Shown here in pieces: positions 20,250 to 29,434 of a stretch of DNA of 64,000 nt. How positions within the stretch are numbered: position 1 is the first letter of the stretch; every line of letters begins with the position of its first letter. Position numbers and translations under genes: made by a program. The notes beneath the pieces were generated by a model. It ran no database searches. It was not told the origin of the DNA and saw nothing but the letters and a program-made list of their open reading frames with translations. The stretch is from Enterococcus phage vB_OCPT_CCS1, in the sequence record ON113170.1; one strand, 5' to 3'.

Positions 20250-20516
20250 TTAGTTATCTTCCTCAACTTCTTCATAAGTGTCTGCAAAGATGTCTGGTTT
20301 ACATGGATAAACTTCACCTTGAACACCTTGAATGATGTAGTCTCCCACAGAAACGTGCATCCAACCTTCAAGTGTTTTAATATAAAGTTCTCCTTCTTCA
20401 AAACTATAATCTGCATTTAATATCCATTCTGGGACATAGTAGTTTCCTGTGGAATCCATAAAATCCCCATCAAATTTAAATGCCTCAATTACTACTGGTT
20501 TCTTTCTGTACTTCAT
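20250..20516 (-). CDS. hypothetical protein
   Basis: ORF track 88 aa. Confidence 0.5.
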   Translation of the reverse strand: MKYRKKPVVIEAFKFDGDFMDSTGNYYVPEWILNADYSFEEGELYIKTLEGWMHVSVGDYIIQGVQGEVYPCKPDIFADTYEEVEEDN

Positions 20517-20609
20517 ATGTTACCTCCGTATTTACTATATTTTGTAATATAAAAGATACTTCTACACCACGAAAGTCTTTGTGTGGCTTAGTTCATATTT
20601 CCATTTTAA

Positions 20610-20807
20610 TTACTTCCTTCCTTTTGTTGGTCTTGTTCCGTTTCCTTGTACTTTTGTTCCCCTATACTTAATAGCACAGTCAGCGTGCTGTAGTCTCCAA
20701 TAGCCATTCTTTCTTTCAAAATGACCTTGACCTTTCTCTACAAAGTTACCGCACCTGTAGCAATAACCCGGATACTTGTTGCGCATAGTAGTCTCCCCTT
20801 TACACAA
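20610..20807 (-). CDS. small Cys/His-rich protein
   Basis: ORF track 65 aa; CYRCGN...H...C. Confidence 0.4.
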   Translation of the reverse strand: MCKGETTMRNKYPGYCYRCGNFVEKGQGHFERKNGYWRLQHADCAIKYRGTKVQGNGTRPTKGRK

Positions 20808-21363
20808 GTTCTAACGAAATACTTAATATACCAGAATATTTATCTTTTACAGCTTCCTCTACTTGGTTAACTGCTTCTTCCAGTGAAATAGTTGTATTTA
20901 TATCCTCGGAATAAGTCTTAGCTAAAATTCGTATTGCATGAACTTGGGAAACCTCTTTTAGTTCAACTGAGGTTTTGTCTGCATCATCCACATAAGCTTG
21001 CTCTTTGTATATCTCTAAAGCTTTGCTAGGACTATAAGCTGATATAAGAGCAAAATAAGGACTAGTTACTTCATAGAACTTAATTCCTGTTAAGTTAAAG
21101 AAAGGTGTTACGTAGTCCATTACGCCTTTTTTCATACGTAGTTCATTTGAATGTTTTAAACTATCATAGTGTTCTTTTTCTACTACAACAACCTCGACTA
21201 CTTTACCTTTTTCTACTTCATTTGGTGTACGTAGTCTATCTTTAGCTCCAAGATAGCTACACATTAGTGCATCTTTAACTATCGTTCCGGAAGCAGTATT
21301 ATATCCTGTTTTATAAAAGCCATCTTCTCTTACTGCAACATATAATTTTAACGGCTCACTCAT
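20800..21363 (-). CDS. hypothetical protein
   Basis: ORF track 187 aa; RBS GGGGAGGAAAAT. Confidence 0.5.
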   Translation of the reverse strand: MSEPLKLYVAVREDGFYKTGYNTASGTIVKDALMCSYLGAKDRLRTPNEVEKGKVVEVVVVEKEHYDSLKHSNELRMKKGVMDYVTPFFNLTGIKFYEVTSPYFALISAYSPSKALEIYKEQAYVDDADKTSVELKEVSQVHAIRILAKTYSEDINTTISLEEAVNQVEEAVKDKYSGILSISLELV

Positions 21364-21463
21364 CTTAATTTTCCTCCCCTAAATTCTCACTCTTAGCTCC
21401 ACAGTAAGGACATTTATCTGGTACTAAAACCTTACTCATGATTTGTTCACCTTTCATGTATAC

Positions 21464-21491
21464 AGTATACCTCTATGGTATCAGTAAGTCA
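21464..21491 (-). promoter_or_regulatory. promoter (gtgTTGACTT-N16-TATACT)
   Basis: upstream of 20800..21363. Confidence 0.5.
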
Positions 21492-21531
21492 ACACTTTTT
21501 TTACAAAAAAAAGAACAGCATTTCTGCTGTC

Positions 21532-21735
21532 CTAAAAATCACACCAATCATCTTTATCATAAGAATCATCTGTGTAGTGTTCTTTACCTTTAATGTTCTT
21601 AACATTAACATGCTCATCTTCCTCTGGTTGCTCTTCTTTATTTTTCTTGACAAAGTAGTAACCAATAGAGAAAGCTATACCCCCAAGCAACAGTATAATA
21701 AGAGCGATAAAGAATTTAGCAATGAAGAATCCCAT
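21532..21735 (-). CDS. small membrane protein (possible NfeD-like partner of the SPFH protein)
   Basis: ORF track 67 aa; N-terminal TM helix then acidic tail; immediately downstream of the SPFH gene. Confidence 0.4.
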   Translation of the reverse strand: MGFFIAKFFIALIILLLGGIAFSIGYYFVKKNKEEQPEEDEHVNVKNIKGKEHYTDDSYDKDDWCDF

Positions 21736-22610
21736 TACTTATCAGTGTCCACGATTGCTTGTCCGTCACCGATTGTAGTAGTAACCCAACCGTGTTCCTT
21801 ACGAGCTTGTGCTTCTTCGTAACGAACTAGTTCATCCGTAACAGATTCTGCAATTTTCTTGTTAGCTTCTGCTTGTGCATTAGCTTTGTCTTTAATAGCT
21901 TGGGCTTCTGCTTGGGCTTTCAAAGTAACTTTTGTAGCCTCAGTTTCTGCTTGCGTTTTTTGAGTTTTAGCATCTAACTCAGCTTTTTTAGCTTCTTGTC
22001 CTGAACGGATGATTGCATCAATTGATTTTTGTGTTTCTGGGTCAACGTCAGGTACACCTACCGTTACGTTTTCAACTAAGAAACCTTTACCTTCAACTGA
22101 ATCAGAGAAACGAGCTAGCACTTCTCCCTCAACCTCAGAAGACTTACCTGAAAGAACATCTAGCAAGCTGTACTTAGAGTAAACTTCACGAGCAGTCTTT
22201 TGTAGACGAGATTTCAACCAACCTTTTTCAATATCCTCAGATGTTACGTTACCGAACTCTTTGTACATTTTAGTTGCTTGTTTAGGGTCTACTTTGTAGT
22301 CATACTTAATGTTAACTACAGTTTTCTTACCGTCAGATGTAGAAACCGCAACATCTTTAGCTTGGATAGTTTGTAAACGGATTGGGTATTGTGTTACTTT
22401 GTCAATACCTACCCATTTAACACCGGGCTGTAATGCTTCGGATTTAACACCACCGTTAGGTGAGAAACGTACACCTACATAACCGTTGTCGATTCGTTCG
22501 AAGAAACGGAACGCACCGATTGTACCTCCAATCAATAAAATAACTGCAACCACTCCGGTTACGACTAGGCGTTTAAACGTCTTCTCGCTCATAAAAAATA
22601 ATTCCTCCAA
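21735..22610 (-). CDS. SPFH/band-7 (prohibitin/HflKC-like) membrane protein
   Basis: N-terminal TM; core GYVGVRF...IRLQTI...DVAVSTSDG typical of SPFH domain; long Ala/Gln/Lys coiled-coil tail. Confidence 0.7.
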   Translation of the reverse strand: MEELFFMSEKTFKRLVVTGVVAVILLIGGTIGAFRFFERIDNGYVGVRFSPNGGVKSEALQPGVKWVGIDKVTQYPIRLQTIQAKDVAVSTSDGKKTVVNIKYDYKVDPKQATKMYKEFGNVTSEDIEKGWLKSRLQKTAREVYSKYSLLDVLSGKSSEVEGEVLARFSDSVEGKGFLVENVTVGVPDVDPETQKSIDAIIRSGQEAKKAELDAKTQKTQAETEATKVTLKAQAEAQAIKDKANAQAEANKKIAESVTDELVRYEEAQARKEHGWVTTTIGDGQAIVDTDK

Positions 22611-22652
22611 TATTTAGTTTTTTTATGTGTAAGTTTTCCCCTTACAAATAAC

Positions 22653-22681
22653 AGTATACCTTACACTTTATAACAAGTCAA
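22653..22681 (-). promoter_or_regulatory. promoter (TTGACT-N17-TATACT)
   Basis: upstream of the SPFH gene. Confidence 0.5.
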
Positions 22682-22690
22682 CAACTTCTT

Positions 22691-23305
22691 TTATTTTCTT
22701 GTAGAAAATAATTTAATGGGTGTATGTTCTTCTCCTTCAAGATATTTACCATCTTCCCACAAGACCACTGAGCCTTTCTCTAGGCTTCTCTGTACATCAA
22801 TGATACGTTGATTCCATGAACCACGGAAAACAAGGTTAGGGTTGAATTTATCCTGCTCAAAACGCCCATCTACGAGTACATCTACGTAAGATAATAGTTC
22901 AAGCTTATCTTCCCAATTTTCAGCGTTATAATCTGTAAGCTCTTCAAAAGTATAGCCTGACCAAGACCATATTGTTTTACCTGTTAGCTCCGATTTAATA
23001 CGTTTAGCTAAAGGCAGTAGAACTTGTGTATTTAAGAAAGGTTCTCCACCTAACAAAGTAATACCATCACAATAATCTTGTGCAATGTCTTTAAGGATTT
23101 GGTCTTCTACTTCTTGGGTATAGTCTTTTCCCCAACTAAAGTTTTGTGCTTTTTTATTATAACACCCTAAGCAATTAAACGGGCAACCGGAGACGTATAT
23201 ACTTCCACGTACCCCGATACCGTCTACCATTACAGGAAATTTATAATCAGCATATTTACCCTTAGACAGCCTTTCTGCTGTCCATGTCATTGGGTCTTTA
23301 CTCAT
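22691..23305 (-). CDS. nrdG: anaerobic ribonucleotide reductase activating protein (radical SAM)
   Basis: GCPFNCLGCYN is the CxxxCxxC radical-SAM cluster in NrdG context; start moved to MSKDPMTW with RBS AAGAGGGAAA; ORF track gives 22691..23440. Confidence 0.8.
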   Translation of the reverse strand: MSKDPMTWTAERLSKGKYADYKFPVMVDGIGVRGSIYVSGCPFNCLGCYNKKAQNFSWGKDYTQEVEDQILKDIAQDYCDGITLLGGEPFLNTQVLLPLAKRIKSELTGKTIWSWSGYTFEELTDYNAENWEDKLELLSYVDVLVDGRFEQDKFNPNLVFRGSWNQRIIDVQRSLEKGSVVLWEDGKYLEGEEHTPIKLFSTRK

Positions 23306-23591
23306 CTGTATTTCCCTCTTTCTTAACATGTAACCCTTCGTCATAACCTGATTGGGTAAACTTAGCTTGGCAAATTGCACACTTATAGGCTTTATACCCC
23401 AAATTATTATACGGTACCACTTGGTCTTCTCCGTCTTCATCTTGATGGGTACATGTTTTTTGTAATGCTTCTAGTATTTCATTTCTTTGCTTAATTAATT
23501 GTTCTTTCTTCGCAAGATGTCTACGCTCTTCATGTAAAATCGCAGACTCCGCAATAGCTAAAAGATTTTGTAAAGAGGAAGCTGTACTCAT
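23298..23591 (-). CDS. hypothetical protein
   Basis: ORF track 97 aa; CAICQAKF C-terminal motif. Confidence 0.45.
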   Translation of the reverse strand: MSTASSLQNLLAIAESAILHEERRHLAKKEQLIKQRNEILEALQKTCTHQDEDGEDQVVPYNNLGYKAYKCAICQAKFTQSGYDEGLHVKKEGNTDE

Positions 23592-24472
23592 TAGATTGCC
23601 ACCTCGTAATTAAATCTTCCGTTATGTTTGTAGCCTTCAACCTTAAGTTCAGATAGTGGGCACTCAAAGAAGTTAGTCATGCCAGCTTCTTCCCAAGGTA
23701 ATACTAGCTTAGGTTCTGCGTTTAAAACTTCCTCTGTCATAGGAGCAGTTACTTGTTCGACAGCCCGTTCCATATGACGGTCGTAGATATGTGCATTGTC
23801 AATATTCCAGAACATAGTTCCTAGTTCTAAATCAGATACCTTAGCCATAACTACATGTAACGCATGATACTGCAATACATTAAATGGAAGCCCTAAACAA
23901 ACGTCACCGGAACGTTGCTTAACATGTAAATTCAATTTACCACTCTGAACTGTCCAGTGAGTAGCCCATACACAAGGTTCTAGCGCCATCTCGTCTAAGT
24001 CTTCAACATCCCACAAAGTAGTCATAATTCTGCGAGAACTAGGGTTGTGCTTCAACTGGTGAACAACATAGCTAACTTGGTCAAAAATCTGGGAGAACTC
24101 CCCAATAGAAGATGCCGGAACCCATCTTTTTTTATTAGCTAATTGCCAACCATAAGCTTTTCCAATTGTTCCGTCCTCTTGCGCCCACTCGTCCCAAATA
24201 GTAACCCCACGTTCCTGTAACCACTTGACATCGTTAGACATTGCTTGCCAAATCCACTCTAATTCTGTAAATGCCCACTTAGACCCTACAAACTTACTTT
24301 TAAGAATTGGTAGCCCCATGTCTGGTGTAATTTTAAAGCTTACACCCTCAATCGCATAAGCAGGAGCGGGTTCTCCATCTGCATAATGTGCTCGTACCTC
24401 ATCGGGGTTTTGCAAAATACCTTTTTCTTTAATAGCCAACACAAGGTCAGCATAAATTTTATCAAAACTCAT
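23591..24472 (-). CDS. thyA: thymidylate synthase family enzyme (ThyA-like; could alternatively be a dUMP/dCMP hydroxymethylase)
   Basis: 293 aa; active-site-like LEPC and C-terminal ...HVKQRSGDVCLGLPFNV...NIDNAHIYDRH typical of TS/HMase fold. Confidence 0.75.
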   Translation of the reverse strand: MSFDKIYADLVLAIKEKGILQNPDEVRAHYADGEPAPAYAIEGVSFKITPDMGLPILKSKFVGSKWAFTELEWIWQAMSNDVKWLQERGVTIWDEWAQEDGTIGKAYGWQLANKKRWVPASSIGEFSQIFDQVSYVVHQLKHNPSSRRIMTTLWDVEDLDEMALEPCVWATHWTVQSGKLNLHVKQRSGDVCLGLPFNVLQYHALHVVMAKVSDLELGTMFWNIDNAHIYDRHMERAVEQVTAPMTEEVLNAEPKLVLPWEEAGMTNFFECPLSELKVEGYKHNGRFNYEVAI

Positions 24473-24487
24473 GTGCGTTCTCCTTCT

Positions 24488-25117
24488 CTATGTTCGTCTA
24501 ACTATATTGATAGATTCTGTGTATCCTTTTCTGCGTACCCAGTCTGTGTAGCTATTGTGCTCTTCTTGCGCAATTGCTTTTAAAGAACCATACCACTTCT
24601 TGACTTCTTCCCGTTTTTTACGTTTGAATACTAATGGTTTGTTTTTGTCTATGACGTTGACAATCTTACTTACCCCACCAGTATTATCTATAAACATTAA
24701 TCGTGAAATAGTAGGTTTTGGAGGAAATAGCTTTTTGCATCCCTTACACAGCTCCTCCGGCTCTTTTTTCCTATTTAGCACACTCAAATCTGGTAGGGCT
24801 CTACCACAACGTATGCACTCAGTTCCATAATTAAGTTCATAGTAGTTTACACCCTTACGAGGTGACTTTGACGTAAGTCTCAATTTAGTTTGAGCTACTT
24901 TAACTCTTTTTCTTAGTACTATTTTGTTTTTCTTAACCTTAACACCAACTGGGTCATTACCATCAAAATTAAAAGAAAAACTAATTGCTCCAGAAGAGTT
25001 AACTACCTGAGTAACTGCATTGCGTTCTTCTCGGGCTGCTAACACCCGAACATCTGTTATACGTTTACGTCTTTTCTTTGTGAATAAACGTCCTCGTGTG
25101 TAGTCTATACCTTGCAT
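24488..25117 (-). CDS. basic Zn-ribbon protein (possible mobile endonuclease remnant next to thyA)
   Basis: 209 aa, very K/R-rich; CIRCG...CKGCKK. Confidence 0.4.
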   Translation of the reverse strand: MQGIDYTRGRLFTKKRRKRITDVRVLAAREERNAVTQVVNSSGAISFSFNFDGNDPVGVKVKKNKIVLRKRVKVAQTKLRLTSKSPRKGVNYYELNYGTECIRCGRALPDLSVLNRKKEPEELCKGCKKLFPPKPTISRLMFIDNTGGVSKIVNVIDKNKPLVFKRKKREEVKKWYGSLKAIAQEEHNSYTDWVRRKGYTESINIVRRT

Positions 25118-25118
25118 A

Positions 25119-25937
25119 TTACAAACCTAGCCATGAACGAACTTTGCTGAAAGGAGGTTTCTTTTCAGGCTCCTTGTACTCAGAGTTTGTACGTTTTAAC
25201 TTATCATTGTAGTTATCTGCAAGTGTTAACAATTCATCAGGATTTACTGTTTCACAATAAAAAGCAATCTCTTCCCCAGTTAGCTCTCTATTTTCTTCAA
25301 TCAGCTTATCGAGAGTCAAATCGCAATATTCATCTTCCCAGTCAGCTAAGAAGTACATACGTTCCATGACATAATCTGATGTCTCATCTAGGAATACACC
25401 GAATAGAATTGGGTCTTTATCTCGATTATCTTTTGCTACTTGTTGACCTACTTCATCTGTATAGTCTGTAAACATGACAACTAAGCGGTCAAATTTATCT
25501 TGTACACGTTCAATTACAGGAACAACCTCATCCGGTATTTCACGAGGAAAATCTTTAAGGTCAGCTAGTTTAACTGTGCGATTTTCTACGTTTTCAATAA
25601 AATTCTCAACGTCTTCTGAGTATACAAAGGTTGTAATACCCATATCACGAATTTCTTTTTCTAGTTGAATCGTTCGAATGTGATGACGTAGCAATGATAT
25701 TTGTCGGTCTTGCTTCGTTTTAATTGCTTTCTCTAGCATACGTAGTGCATTTGCGTAATAACGGTCTAGGTCAGCATCTTGGTTTTCTTTTTTACTTTGT
25801 TTCACCCGTTCGAAAAATTCTGTTGGTGAAAGTTCCTCTACTGATTTAGTTGTTAAGTTTTCAGTCATGATATTTCCTCCTAAAAAAATATTCCTTACAG
25901 TAAGTAATATACCATCTGTAAGGAATAAAGTCAACAC
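25119..25937 (-). CDS. hypothetical protein
   Basis: ORF track 272 aa; promoter gtgTTGACTT-N17-TATATT at 25906-25934. Confidence 0.5.
   Translation of the reverse strand: MLTLFLTDGILLTVRNIFLGGNIMTENLTTKSVEELSPTEFFERVKQSKKENQDADLDRYYANALRMLEKAIKTKQDRQISLLRHHIRTIQLEKEIRDMGITTFVYSEDVENFIENVENRTVKLADLKDFPREIPDEVVPVIERVQDKFDRLVVMFTDYTDEVGQQVAKDNRDKDPILFGVFLDETSDYVMERMYFLADWEDEYCDLTLDKLIEENRELTGEEIAFYCETVNPDELLTLADNYNDKLKRTNSEYKEPEKKPPFSKVRSWLGL
25906..25934 (-). promoter_or_regulatory. promoter (gtgTTGACTT-N17-TATATT)
   Basis: upstream of 25119..25937. Confidence 0.5.
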
Positions 25938-25941
25938 TGTA

Positions 25942-26409
25942 TTAGAAAATTGTTGTAAACATGTTGCTATGGTCTAGGGCTAATGTTGCATCTCCTGTAA
26001 TTCTACCATCACGATACAAGATAATTGTAGTATCATCAGTAGAAAGGTCTACTTTTGCTTCGTGAGAAGTAGCAACAAACCATACATAATCACTGTCTGT
26101 TTCATCTTTTTTACGTTCAGCATCTTGTTTCATTTGAGCAACGTAAAACTGAGCTACATTATGTCCTGATGGGTCTCTAGAAGGTTCTCCGAAGATGGTT
26201 GATGCACTAATTGATTCTTCTTGACCATCTAAACCAAGCTCCTCTAAAACACTGTGTGCAGTCATTTCAGGTGTATCCGTAGCTCCCAAGAAAGCATTAG
26301 GTATTTCGTATACCCCTTCTTGAACTCGGTGTAGCAACACCATACCTCCTGTTTCGGGACGGTATCTTAATGGTAATAATGTAATGTTAAATCCTACTTT
26401 TTCAATCAT
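25942..26409 (-). CDS. Nudix-like hydrolase (degenerate Nudix box)
   Basis: GATDTPEMTAHSVLEELGL resembles Gx5Ex7..EExGU with substitutions; context of NAD-salvage genes. Confidence 0.35.
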   Translation of the reverse strand: MIEKVGFNITLLPLRYRPETGGMVLLHRVQEGVYEIPNAFLGATDTPEMTAHSVLEELGLDGQEESISASTIFGEPSRDPSGHNVAQFYVAQMKQDAERKKDETDSDYVWFVATSHEAKVDLSTDDTTIILYRDGRITGDATLALDHSNMFTTIF

Positions 26410-26423
26410 GTTAATTCCTCCAT

Positions 26424-27161
26424 TTATTCAATAACTTTTTGTTTAGTTAATTTGCCACTTTCATCATACCACGCATAGATTGCTGTGACAACATTTGTTT
26501 GGTATAAAACATCTCGAATTGCAAACCAGTAGTTCCCAGAACCAAAGTCTAACAAGAACCAGAAGAAATTACTTGCGAACCATCCCCACCATGAGAAGTC
26601 AATTCGCATAATCATTAAGAATTGTGATACGATTCCTAGCAAGTAAGCAATAATGTTACCCCAATACATGATGTTACCCATTAGGGAACCATCTGTAGTA
26701 AAACCAATTTTATCTCCGTACATAATTAAAACAATTAAACCTACAATCGTGAATGCTAAAGTAAATACTACCCAAAAAGCGTTCATCTTACCTACTTTAA
26801 TACGCCCATCTTCATCTTGATTAGACTCTTTAGTCCACTCTTTTAACCCAATAATGTGTGTAATACCGTAATAAATACCTGCAAAAGCCAAACCGAAGTT
26901 CCCGAACATAGTATTAATAATAATTTCACCAACGTTAGAACTAATACCTAAGATATTTCCCATTTTAGGATAACGGTCTGCTAAAGATACCACACAAGGT
27001 ACACCTAAACAGTAAGCTGTGATATAGAATAACCAGTTAGTTTTATCTGACCAGTCAGTGACAAACACACCTACAACCAGTCCCAGTACCACCAAAGTAA
27101 TTGCGTACTGTTTGCGCCACTTCCCATTGGCTAGTGAAATATTGTCCATAAATATTTTCAT
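26424..27161 (-). CDS. pnuC: PnuC-like nicotinamide riboside transporter
   Basis: 245 aa; 7-8 hydrophobic helices; Trp-rich loops; sits next to the NadR-like gene. Confidence 0.55.
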   Translation of the reverse strand: MKIFMDNISLANGKWRKQYAITLVVLGLVVGVFVTDWSDKTNWLFYITAYCLGVPCVVSLADRYPKMGNILGISSNVGEIIINTMFGNFGLAFAGIYYGITHIIGLKEWTKESNQDEDGRIKVGKMNAFWVVFTLAFTIVGLIVLIMYGDKIGFTTDGSLMGNIMYWGNIIAYLLGIVSQFLMIMRIDFSWWGWFASNFFWFLLDFGSGNYWFAIRDVLYQTNVVTAIYAWYDESGKLTKQKVIE

Positions 27162-27162
27162 A

Positions 27163-27528
27163 TTATTTCTCCTCCTTTGTTTTTGCCCAAGAAATTATAA
27201 CTACTCTTACCGGTTCCCCATTGATGTAACTATGCGTTTTAGCATTTACTGTAAAACCTCTTTCTGTCAAAACCTCTGACAGAACTTGCTCCTGACTATA
27301 AAACATCTTCCACGCTAACGCATTTTTGTTTGAAGCTAAAATTAATTCTCTACTATGGGGAGCCTGTTCCTTGATTAAACCTAAAATGTAATTAAGCTCT
27401 TTTCTATAGTTTTCTTTCGCATAGAGCTGTCTAGCACTTTCAGCATTAAAGTCTGCCAACTTTCTCTCTTCTACTAGCCCATTTAAAAACTCATCTGCCC
27501 AAGAATATTCTTCTTTTTCACTCATCAT
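27163..27528 (-). CDS. hypothetical protein
   Basis: ORF track 121 aa. Confidence 0.5.
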   Translation of the reverse strand: MMSEKEEYSWADEFLNGLVEERKLADFNAESARQLYAKENYRKELNYILGLIKEQAPHSRELILASNKNALAWKMFYSQEQVLSEVLTERGFTVNAKTHSYINGEPVRVVIISWAKTKEEK

Positions 27529-28652
27529 ATTTCCTCCTTTTTAGTCCAAATTTCGTCAACGTATAATTGCAATGTATCAACTGTAGTTCCTTCTAGGTAC
27601 TTTTCGATAATTTTCTTGCAAAGTTCATAACGAGTTTCATAATCACTCGCAGTTACTTCCACATATGGGATATGATTCTCCGCATATAATTTCTTCAACA
27701 GTTTTTGGAAGTCTTGTCTACGTTTTTCATCACCGATTAAACGCATACCATCGTCTACCCATTTAGTCGAATTATCTAACAAAATAACCAAGTCAAATCG
27801 GTCATTATCAATCTTATCTTGTACAGACGGATGTGGTTTTCCTTCATACGTAATACAAAAAGCTTGTGTGGCTACGTAATCTGTATCAGAAATAGTAAAT
27901 CTGTTAGCATTACGTCTTGCAAATCTAACGTCTTGATAGTGACCATTAGCAATTGCTTGGTAGTCACTATACTGTAACGCACTCTCATCTCCGCCTAATT
28001 CAAGTTCACAGTAGTTACGACCGTATTCCCAAACAGTCGTAGTAGCAAAGTAGTTACCTAGCTTATCTACCATCAAAGTTTTACCACTAGACTCTCCTCC
28101 TGCAATTACAATTGTAGGAGCCAATGCTTCCCGGCTAGCACGAGGTAGATAGTCCCAGTACTTAATAGGGTTGTTACGTACTTTTGTTGCACTAATGTTA
28201 ACATTAGAACGCTCTGGGTCTACTAATATTGTAGGACAGCCAAAGTATTTTTGATAGCCTTCCGCATCCTGTGGTTCACTTGAAAAGAATGTTGCTTCCT
28301 CCCAATCAAAACCTCTTTCAGCCAACACACGATTACCTGTTACAGTCTCTTTCACAAGGTTTGCCCATGCTTCCCACCCATTAGGGTATTCTGGAATGTT
28401 TGATTCATCTACTAATACGGGAATAATGACATCTCGTTGAACTTGGAAAGTCTTTTGAACAATTCGTAGCTTATCTCGTGCCGTTAGTGGACGTTTCATA
28501 TTAGAATCCACGTATAAATGGTCATCTCTACTATCTGAGTGGCTTACTACTACAACAAGAGTCTCTACTTGTGTGCTTGCTTTTTGAATCATATCTACAT
28601 GTCCTTTGTGTAAGGGATAAAATTTCCCAACTACTACTCCGAACTTTTTCAT
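27525..28652 (-). CDS. nadR: NadR-like bifunctional NMN adenylyltransferase / ribosylnicotinamide kinase (no HTH domain)
   Basis: N-terminal GVVVGKFYPLHKGH ((H/T)xGH nucleotidyltransferase motif); C-terminal IAGGESSGKT Walker A typical of the NR kinase domain. Confidence 0.8.
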   Translation of the reverse strand: MKKFGVVVGKFYPLHKGHVDMIQKASTQVETLVVVVSHSDSRDDHLYVDSNMKRPLTARDKLRIVQKTFQVQRDVIIPVLVDESNIPEYPNGWEAWANLVKETVTGNRVLAERGFDWEEATFFSSEPQDAEGYQKYFGCPTILVDPERSNVNISATKVRNNPIKYWDYLPRASREALAPTIVIAGGESSGKTLMVDKLGNYFATTTVWEYGRNYCELELGGDESALQYSDYQAIANGHYQDVRFARRNANRFTISDTDYVATQAFCITYEGKPHPSVQDKIDNDRFDLVILLDNSTKWVDDGMRLIGDEKRRQDFQKLLKKLYAENHIPYVEVTASDYETRYELCKKIIEKYLEGTTVDTLQLYVDEIWTKKEEI

Positions 28653-28690
28653 ACCTTATTCCTCCTTTTAGGTATTTTTTACTATAATTA

Positions 28691-28718
28691 ATTATATCAC
28701 ACTTTATAGTATAGTCAA
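28691..28718 (-). promoter_or_regulatory. promoter (TTGACT-N16-TATAAT)
   Basis: upstream of the NadR-like gene; RBS AAAGGAGGAATAAGG. Confidence 0.55.
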
Positions 28719-28737
28719 CAAGTTTTCATGAAATTTT

Positions 28738-29100
28738 TCAACGATTAAACTGTTTATAAATTTCTCTCCAATTGACTTGTTCAGTAGTATGCCCCTTATC
28801 GTCAATATACACGTCAGCTCCAAGCTTACGGCTGTTATTTCCATATGCTTTCATCAAATCTGGATGATTCTCATTGATGTAGTGGTAATTAATACCACAT
28901 TCTGCCAAAAACCTTTTTGCTTGTTCTAACTCTTCGCCTTCACGACATGTCCATATAAGAATTTGTTTTCCTGACTTGTATAGGCTGTTAATTACTTCTT
29001 TTGCATGTGGTTGTAGCCCTACAATACTTGGAAATTCACTTCTTACAATAGTGTCATCAAAGTCGATAGCTATGTATTTACACTTTGATAAATCTTTCAT
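28738..29100 (-). CDS. HAD-superfamily phosphatase
   Basis: IAIDFDDTIV (DxDxT motif I); promoter gtgTTGACTT-N17-TATACT at 29152-29180. Confidence 0.65.
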   Translation of the reverse strand: MKDLSKCKYIAIDFDDTIVRSEFPSIVGLQPHAKEVINSLYKSGKQILIWTCREGEELEQAKRFLAECGINYHYINENHPDLMKAYGNNSRKLGADVYIDDKGHTTEQVNWREIYKQFNR

Positions 29101-29151
29101 TTGCTTCTCCTTTCAAATAAAAAAGGTATACCCTTCTTTGCTACAAGAAGA

Positions 29152-29180
29152 AGTATACCTTATGAGTATCACTAAGTCAA
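29152..29180 (-). promoter_or_regulatory. promoter (gtgTTGACTT-N17-TATACT)
   Basis: upstream of the HAD phosphatase gene. Confidence 0.55.
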
Positions 29181-29194
29181 CACTATCTTACAAA

Positions 29195-29434
29195 TTATTT
29201 GTAAGAATTTTTTATTTCTTTAATTTTTCCCATTTGTACACCCGTAAAACTAATACCTGTAGACGTTTCTACGTAAGGTAATGAAGTTACGGACTTATTA
29301 ACTAAATAATCTCTGGCTGTTGGGTCTTCATCAATGTTTCGTTCTTCAAAGAGAATTTTCTCCCCTTCAAGCATACGTTTCACGAATGTACACTGACCAC
29401 AACCATTTTTTGAGTAGACTGTTACTTTAGGCAT
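29195..29434 (-). CDS. nrdH: glutaredoxin/NrdH-like redoxin
   Basis: 79 aa; VTVYSKNGCGQC CxxC active site in thioredoxin-fold context. Confidence 0.7.
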   Translation of the reverse strand: MPKVTVYSKNGCGQCTFVKRMLEGEKILFEERNIDEDPTARDYLVNKSVTSLPYVETSTGISFTGVQMGKIKEIKNSYK

